Positions 36,916 to 42,890 of a DNA stretch of 42,890 nucleotides are shown here, piece by piece. This DNA comes from Psammoneis japonica (Eukaryota). Numbering within the stretch: the stretch's first letter is position 1; every line of letters begins with the position of its first letter. The notes below the pieces were generated by a model. That model had not been told where the DNA came from. It ran no database searches and worked only from the letters and a program-made list of their open reading frames with translations. The position numbers were made by a program, and so were the translations under genes. The DNA lies in contig QPGO01000134.1 of the NCBI GenBank assembly GCA_008632985.1, positions 186,001-228,890 on the forward strand, in the 5' to 3' direction.

Positions 36916-37554
36916 CAAACTGTGCAGTGGTTCGCCGCATGAAATCACGAATGCGCGCGATTCCTGCCCCAAACCATCAAGTGGTTCGCGGCAAGCAAAA
37001 AACGAACTGACAGACGATGGGCAAAAGTGTAAAAGATGATGAGACATCTGCAACAACATTGCATCAGTCGACACAGCAACGTCTGTTTGACAATGTGTGT
37101 GCTTTGTTTTGGCGGTTTACTGTGTTCTTAAACTTCTCCATGCTGCTGCCGTCTTGTTCATCGTGAGCCTCATTTTTCTGGTTCAGTTTTGCACTCGACC
37201 CTCTGGCGCAAATTGCCACGCATGTTTCTACGCTCGTCCTCCCGAACCACCTCATGGTTCGCCAATTCTACGGGGCTCCCGGCACTTGTCCACGCAGCGA
37301 ACCGCTCAATGGTTTGATGTTTTTTTCTGGTGCTGCCCTGCGGTTTTTTCTGCGGGGTGAGAAAATCACCGCCAATGACCATGACGGTGATTTGACGGCG
37401 ACCGAGCTCCACACACGAGTGGCGGCTGACAACATGATGCATTGACAACAATGGCTTTTTGCCTCTGTTGAAAGGTTGCATCTGTGCAGGCACTCCTTTG
37501 TTGTGTCAGTTGCGAGTTTTATCCTGCGCAAGTTGCGAACCACTGAGTGGTTCG
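36916..37554. repeat. Five dispersed copies of the palindrome CGAACCA-N5-TGGTTCG
   Basis: 36916-36934, 36970-36988, 37243-37261, 37298-37316 and 37536-37554; deviations are transitions only. Confidence 0.85.
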
Positions 37555-38079
37555 ATTTTTTGCCCGAGTGGGGATGTCATGTGGCGTCGTTGCCTCACCG
37601 TTTTTCGAGCGTTTCGTTTGCGATGCATGCCGGCACTTCTGCTGCAAAATGCCAAACAGGAGATAAATCAACATTGCACAGAGAGAGCAGACAGCAGCTC
37701 AAAAAAATCATCACTGCACTTGCAACTTGCAAAGTGTGTCGCATCATGTGGATTCTGCCAAATGTGTGTCGAGTTCAGAATGAAGAACGCAATGAACGAA
37801 ATGAGCGCAATGAATGCAACAATGAATCGTGTCGAGACTCGTCCATGCACATGATGTTCATTTTGTGTTTGATGTGTTGAGGTTGCGTTGGCCAATTGAC
37901 CAAGGGAAAGCAAGGAAGGAAGGAGTTTCTTGGATCGCGCTCGCTCGCTCAAGTGGATTTTGAATCGCCAATGCACGAACCACGCACGTGCGATGGGATC
38001 GTGCGTGCACACAAAAATTTTAAAAGCACAACCGCCAAAAAATGATCGCAGCGAGTGCAATTGAAATTGTTTTTACGTG

Positions 38080-38222
38080 CTGTGCTCTCCAGCTCTCTAG
38101 AGTAGAGAGAACAGCCAGTCCACCAGAGGAATGCTGCTGTCTGCTTTTCTAAATTGTTTCTGCTGTGCTCCAGCTCTAGCAGAGAGAACAGCCAGTCTAG
38201 AGGAATGCTGCTGTCTGCTTTT
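38080..38222. repeat. Imperfect tandem duplication (~70-80 bp) at the truncated end of copy A
   Basis: CTCCAGCTCT...AGAGAGAACAGCCAGTC...AGAGGAATGCTGCTGTCTGCTTTT occurs twice. Confidence 0.8.
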
Positions 38223-40907
38223 CTTCGAGTGCAAGAGACTGCCCAATTTGCCGCAGTCCCAAAGAGCAAAAATCCCACATTGCTCCAAACCCATTGCCCA
38301 TTTGTTGCTGAACTGACAAAGCATCCAGCCTTTCTTTTCAGGCTTTGTCCTGATCGTCTTCCCCTCATGTGTGACTCCCACAACAGACACGTCATTGTGG
38401 TCAGCCGACGTTGCTTGGTTGGTGTTGCCTTGTCGGACTGTGTTCTTCGTACGCCCACGAATGGATTCTTTGGTGTGACCGTGGCAAACGAAAATGTCGC
38501 CGGGAAACACGACACTGGGACAGCTTGTCGGCAAATCATTTGGCTCCCCTTCATCAGGTGCCGGCAGATGTGGGACTTTCACCTCTCGTGTCCAAAACAT
38601 TTCTCCAGCCTTGCCGTCCTCGCCTGGTGCAAACCGTTCCATGAGATCCTTCAACTTTGAATCTCTGTCCAGCTTTTCGTCTTTAGTCTGCCCACTGGCA
38701 TTTACATTGCCACGATTGCCAGCCTCTCCCCTCCAGTGCTTTCGTAGAATTGGAGTGAGCTCCGAGTCAGAGACGACTTGGCATTGAAGTAAGGATTTGA
38801 ATCGAAAACTGGAACACTTGGAATTGTTTCGACCGACCCCGCTCTCAAGAAGCACCCTCAAGTCTTGACACATTTGTTGCTCCTCTCCAGCTTCTGCCAA
38901 ACTTGTGAGAGATCGTGCCTTTGCCATGATCAAGGAATCATTCGTGCGCTTGCCCTCTTGAACTTCTAGCGGGTATCTCTGGTTGCATTTTCGTATCCGA
39001 TGCGTCAACGGATCGTTCGGGTCCATCTTGGGGAGATTGTTGTCCTTCAATGCGCAGATATTTTCCTTGGTGACAAGGTCACGGAAGGCTGCACTGCAAG
39101 TAAAAGGGTGCTGATGGCATCCCAGACGCCCAGTCTGGAATGAAAGCATCGCGTTGATCGGGTTCATAAAGTCGTCGGCAGGGCAGAGCGGATCCTCGTC
39201 TCGAAGACGTCGAAAAACATTGGTGAGCGTAGCGGCACTAAGAGCACGACGGGCCCTGTGGGCCATGGGAATCTTGCTGCGACTGTCACTGGCAAAACAC
39301 AAGGGTCTGTTGATCAAGAATGCACAGGGCCTGGATGGATGGACCAGAACCATCATTTCATTGTCAACCTCCCGGCGCACCAACTTGTAGCCACGTTTGA
39401 TAAACTTCGCCAACAACACCTCATCCTTGACATAAATAATGTGGTTCGTATCAACAATGCCAATACCACAAATATGGCTTTCGACCTCGTCAATAGCCGA
39501 ATCCATTTCTACGTCCCCGCCTGCCCGCTGTTCTGGTGAATAGGCGGTAGAAAAGATTTGATCCGCACCCTTTGCGTTCTCAAATACAGGAAAGCCAAGT
39601 GTGTCACTAAACACGTGCTCTTGTCCAACGACACAATTGGTTGTCTCAAGTTTGCTTGACATGCCATTGTGGCCAGGCTTCCAAGATGCAATTACACGAA
39701 CAAACAGTTTGACATTGTTGGATTTGGTAAACTGCACAACGGGTTGTAAATCGGAAAAGATACGTTCGGAGCTGCCACTCGCCGTTGTGTAATAGTTGTT
39801 TGCAACTTGATGATCAAACATTATAAACTCTTGTGTGCTTGACAAGCCGTAGTAGAGCTGAACGCCTGTCTCGACCAACTGGAGCAGCATCTGCCTCTTG
39901 AAACCAAGGACGTCACCTCCACGATCGCGAATCTGCTGATGAAACAAACGTTGAAAAGGATGAAGTCGACTGTCCGTTGCCATGGCCTTGATGAATGGAT
40001 TCACCGCATTGCGGACAAGCTCCTTCTCAACATCATCATCAATGAGATCAAGAGAAACAAGAACCCGAAACTGTTCCTCTCTAATTTCGGATGAATCAAC
40101 CCAATACTTTCGGCGATTGACGAAATTGGTGCTCATACCAACACTCTTTACTTGCTCCAGTTCCAAATCCATTATAGCATACGTCCCACCCCATACAGTG
40201 ACTTTTTTTACAGACGCAAGACATTTTGAATGATATCCGTGTGGATCTTCAAACTCCCAGGCATTCTTCAAGATATTGAATGCCTTTTCAGCATAAGGCT
40301 TGGCAATCTTCCGTGCCGTTGGGTCGCCACTAATCTTCATGACGAATAGCCGATTGTACTTCTCCTTCTGACTATCGGACATGTCGTCAGTAAAGGGCTC
40401 TTGTCTCTGCAGCTTCTTCTCCAGTTCCAGAAGCTCTTTTTCTTCCTTGGTGTAAAATGGCTGTTTGCCATCATGATCGTCATCCTTGGTTGAGGTGAGC
40501 AAGTCGGCATCGGCAGTAACTGTAGAGTCGGTAGTAGGAGAGTCGGTAGTAGGAGAGTCGGTATTGGTGGCTGCAATGTTGGTAGTACCGGTAGGCGAGT
40601 CGGTGTCGGTGGCTGCGACGTCGGCACTGAGCGTGTGTGTGTCAACAGCTCTAGCGGGGGGTGGCGATTGGAAGAAAGAAGCAATTGGTAGAGTGGAGCT
40701 CTCAGTCAATTTGGCTACCTTGGAGCGCTTGACGGTTGGTGTTTCTGCAGCTTTTCGCTTCACTGGGAGCGTAATGGCAGGAGTCCTGGTAGTAGTCCTG
40801 AACTTGCTTGTGACGCCAGCTGCTGCATTGGCATTGGCAAGGGGACTAAAAAAGGTACCAATAGTCCTTTGTCCTTTATCCAGGGGCTTGCGCAGCTTGG
40901 GAGGCAT
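38097..40907 (-). CDS. 936-aa repeat-encoded protein of unknown family with an N-terminal PIP box; probably 3'-truncated
   Basis: Long uninterrupted ORF with three decayed paralogs in the window. QRTIGTFF motif and a Thr/Asp-rich linker with a 15-bp DSPTT duplication. Homology with copy C ends near 38290. Confidence 0.75.
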   Translation of the reverse strand: MPPKLRKPLDKGQRTIGTFFSPLANANAAAGVTSKFRTTTRTPAITLPVKRKAAETPTVKRSKVAKLTESSTLPIASFFQSPPPARAVDTHTLSADVAATDTDSPTGTTNIAATNTDSPTTDSPTTDSTVTADADLLTSTKDDDHDGKQPFYTKEEKELLELEKKLQRQEPFTDDMSDSQKEKYNRLFVMKISGDPTARKIAKPYAEKAFNILKNAWEFEDPHGYHSKCLASVKKVTVWGGTYAIMDLELEQVKSVGMSTNFVNRRKYWVDSSEIREEQFRVLVSLDLIDDDVEKELVRNAVNPFIKAMATDSRLHPFQRLFHQQIRDRGGDVLGFKRQMLLQLVETGVQLYYGLSSTQEFIMFDHQVANNYYTTASGSSERIFSDLQPVVQFTKSNNVKLFVRVIASWKPGHNGMSSKLETTNCVVGQEHVFSDTLGFPVFENAKGADQIFSTAYSPEQRAGGDVEMDSAIDEVESHICGIGIVDTNHIIYVKDEVLLAKFIKRGYKLVRREVDNEMMVLVHPSRPCAFLINRPLCFASDSRSKIPMAHRARRALSAATLTNVFRRLRDEDPLCPADDFMNPINAMLSFQTGRLGCHQHPFTCSAAFRDLVTKENICALKDNNLPKMDPNDPLTHRIRKCNQRYPLEVQEGKRTNDSLIMAKARSLTSLAEAGEEQQMCQDLRVLLESGVGRNNSKCSSFRFKSLLQCQVVSDSELTPILRKHWRGEAGNRGNVNASGQTKDEKLDRDSKLKDLMERFAPGEDGKAGEMFWTREVKVPHLPAPDEGEPNDLPTSCPSVVFPGDIFVCHGHTKESIRGRTKNTVRQGNTNQATSADHNDVSVVGVTHEGKTIRTKPEKKGWMLCQFSNKWAMGLEQCGIFALWDCGKLGSLLHSKKSRQQHSSRLAVLSARAGAQQKQFRKADSSIPLVDWLFSLL

Positions 40908-42890
40908 GTTGATGCGATATATTTAGCTGCGGTGCGAATCCTTCTACATCACAAGAGAAAACGACATGACAAACAATGAGAACGACGAATGATTAGAAAT
41001 ACATAAGAGACAAAAGAATAATTCAGTATGAATAATAATATGATTGAGCACTCACCGTGTCGAACGGCAGCGATTGGTGTATAGCCTCCAATGCCGAGCT
41101 GCACGAAGAGCTTCGTATCTCGCGCTCGTTTCCCGTCACTTGTGAGATAGCGAAACAAACAACAAGTAACAACCAATGTGAGTATTATATATCAATAGCG
41201 GGATGAGGAAATGTAACGAGGGAAAGAAGGAATACCGTACCAAAAGCAAGTGTAATAACGAGAGTAGAGTGATGATGTCTCGATTTGGTTTGTGTTTGAT
41301 GAGCGAAGCGAAACGCGCCGAAAAAATGCCACTCTGGATTGAACATATACATTCTGGATATATTATGCGTATCTTTCATCTCTCAGTCGTGAGAGTCAAT
41401 CGTGAGTCGGAGGCGCGGAGATAGGTGGGCGCACCTCAGCGAGCATTCATTAATTTTGAAATTGCATTGCTAGCTGTGATTCTCCCTCTCTCTACTACAG
41501 TACTCGTATCGGTAGCTAGGCTTTAGGCCCTAATGATAGAGAATCCAAAGCACAGTGAGACAAGCATAGCGATCGAGAAATCAAAACAATGCCGAGAGAG
41601 AAAGCATCTTTCTTGTAGATGGTAATCAACTTACCAATAATACAGAGTTTTCCATAATTTACAACAAACGGGGAGATTACTTGGTGTGAGTGTCGTGTGT
41701 TCTGGTTAACGAATACGACTGTGCTTCGAATGAAATGAGTGATGGCTTCGTCTTGGGCCGGCACGCCGTGAGGTGCGTCTGCAGTTTCTGTAACTCGCTG
41801 ACACTCGTCACCACAAAGTCTTGACCTATGACGACAACCCTAGATTGGTAAGGTACGAGTCGTTCGGCGGCCATTCTCTGTAGATCCAAATGAACAGCAA
41901 GACACGGAAATTAAGACACCGCTCACCGCTCTGTCAGTGCCGTTCGTCGACATTATGTAGGTAACCATTTTGCACACAATGAGGCACGATGCTCGACGTG
42001 TGGCGTCTCCCCTTCACGTGTTGATTTCATCCAATCTGATAATGTTGATAAAAACAGAATAGACAGAGTGAGAGACAAACAGCAATTGAAATGACGAATG
42101 TTGCCGAGAGTGAAATGGTGCGTTGCTTACCAATAATACAAACACAGCAATCCACAATCCACCGGTAGCTAGCAGATGGAGAGATTGTTCTCTTCAATAC
42201 CGCTCGTTCTCACTAATGACTAGAGACCGGTAACTCTGGCAGAAAAGGATGTCTCTTAGTATCAAGCCACCAAAAGGTATTATTGCCATACCCAAAGTCG
42301 CAACACTGATCTTCAACAAAACCAAAGAGTCTAAATACCAACACACAGCAAAAAGCGTGTGGAGACTCAATGAATACAATAGTCATTTCGTCTTGTCTGT
42401 CAATAAGGGATAGCGTATGTCGTCTCTTGTTGGTATAATCTGAAGAAAAGAAATAAAGAGTATAAGAGAAAACAATACTAGCAAAGAATGGAGCACTGGA
42501 CTGATAGCAGAAGCTCAAAAGAGCACGCATTCAATACTCACCAGATGCGGTGCGATCATTCAAGACGACAATCCATAAAAAGGAAAATGGACGCCATAAG
42601 AATTCGGATGTCACTTCTACTTGTGTCGTTTCAGAATCATCTTGCAAATGATAATATAGCACTTGACCACTTACTGCAGCTCTGCTTCAGAAAATCAGAT
42701 TGATGGAGACAACATATATTATTGTAGTCAGCACAAGTGTGCCGAGCAGCAGGCAACCCTAAGGCTACTGTAAAGGAAGATAGGCGACGCATACCGGTAT
42801 CGCTTGATGATGGTGGCAGAAACTTTTTATGAAACAATCCAAAAATCCTGCCTTCCTTGCTTCCCTTGGTTTTCTGCGTCCTTCCGCCAT
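38290..42890 (-). mobile_element. Large unclassified repeat, copy A (least mutated; runs off the window)
   Basis: Homologous to copies B, C and D, and retains TA and CG at many sites where the others have TG or CA. Confidence 0.85.

Noticed and set aside
36916..37554. CRISPR-like array
   Set aside because: Eukaryotic context, irregular spacing, variable repeat centre and no cas genes.
38330..38620. SRA/YDG-like pattern (PGDIF...VSVVGVTHE) in the 936-aa ORF
   Set aside because: Too few matching residues, and the YxDD and YTGxGG motifs are absent.
38290..42890. Classical fungal-type RIP (CA/TG->TA) acting on copy A
   Set aside because: Copy A has the intact ORF with no new stops, the other copies are far below normal TA levels, and they split between TG and CA at the same sites.

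Overview
Eukaryotic nuclear DNA, most likely a pennate diatom (inferred from ASAFAP-type plastid presequences, ~90-bp GT-AG introns and gene content). Bases 1-16 kb are gene-dense: an alpha/beta hydrolase, an SDR, a GH29 fucosidase, an ankyrin protein, a TrmB-like methyltransferase, plastid FtsH, a sulfotransferase and an RlmD/TrmA-like methyltransferase. Several carry single-base frameshifts that may be assembly errors. Bases 16-42.9 kb are mostly nested repeats around one normal-composition gene island (a secreted beta-helix protein, 20.5-22.4 kb). The repeats include a probable tyrosine-recombinase element with a hairpin cluster, a Sola-like transposase fragment, two MITE copies with 4-bp TSDs, a 438-bp TRIM carrying tRNA-like Pol III boxes, and four copies of an unclassified large element whose ORF starts with a PIP box. 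The main signal is that the older repeats have lost almost every TpA dinucleotide (TA->TG or CA) as well as most CpG. Homologous copies resolve the same TA site in opposite directions, surviving TAs sit in specific contexts, and genes are spared. This looks like a repeat-targeted A:T->G:C hypermutation process, the reverse of fungal RIP. All alignments and motif calls were made by eye; no searches or counts were run.
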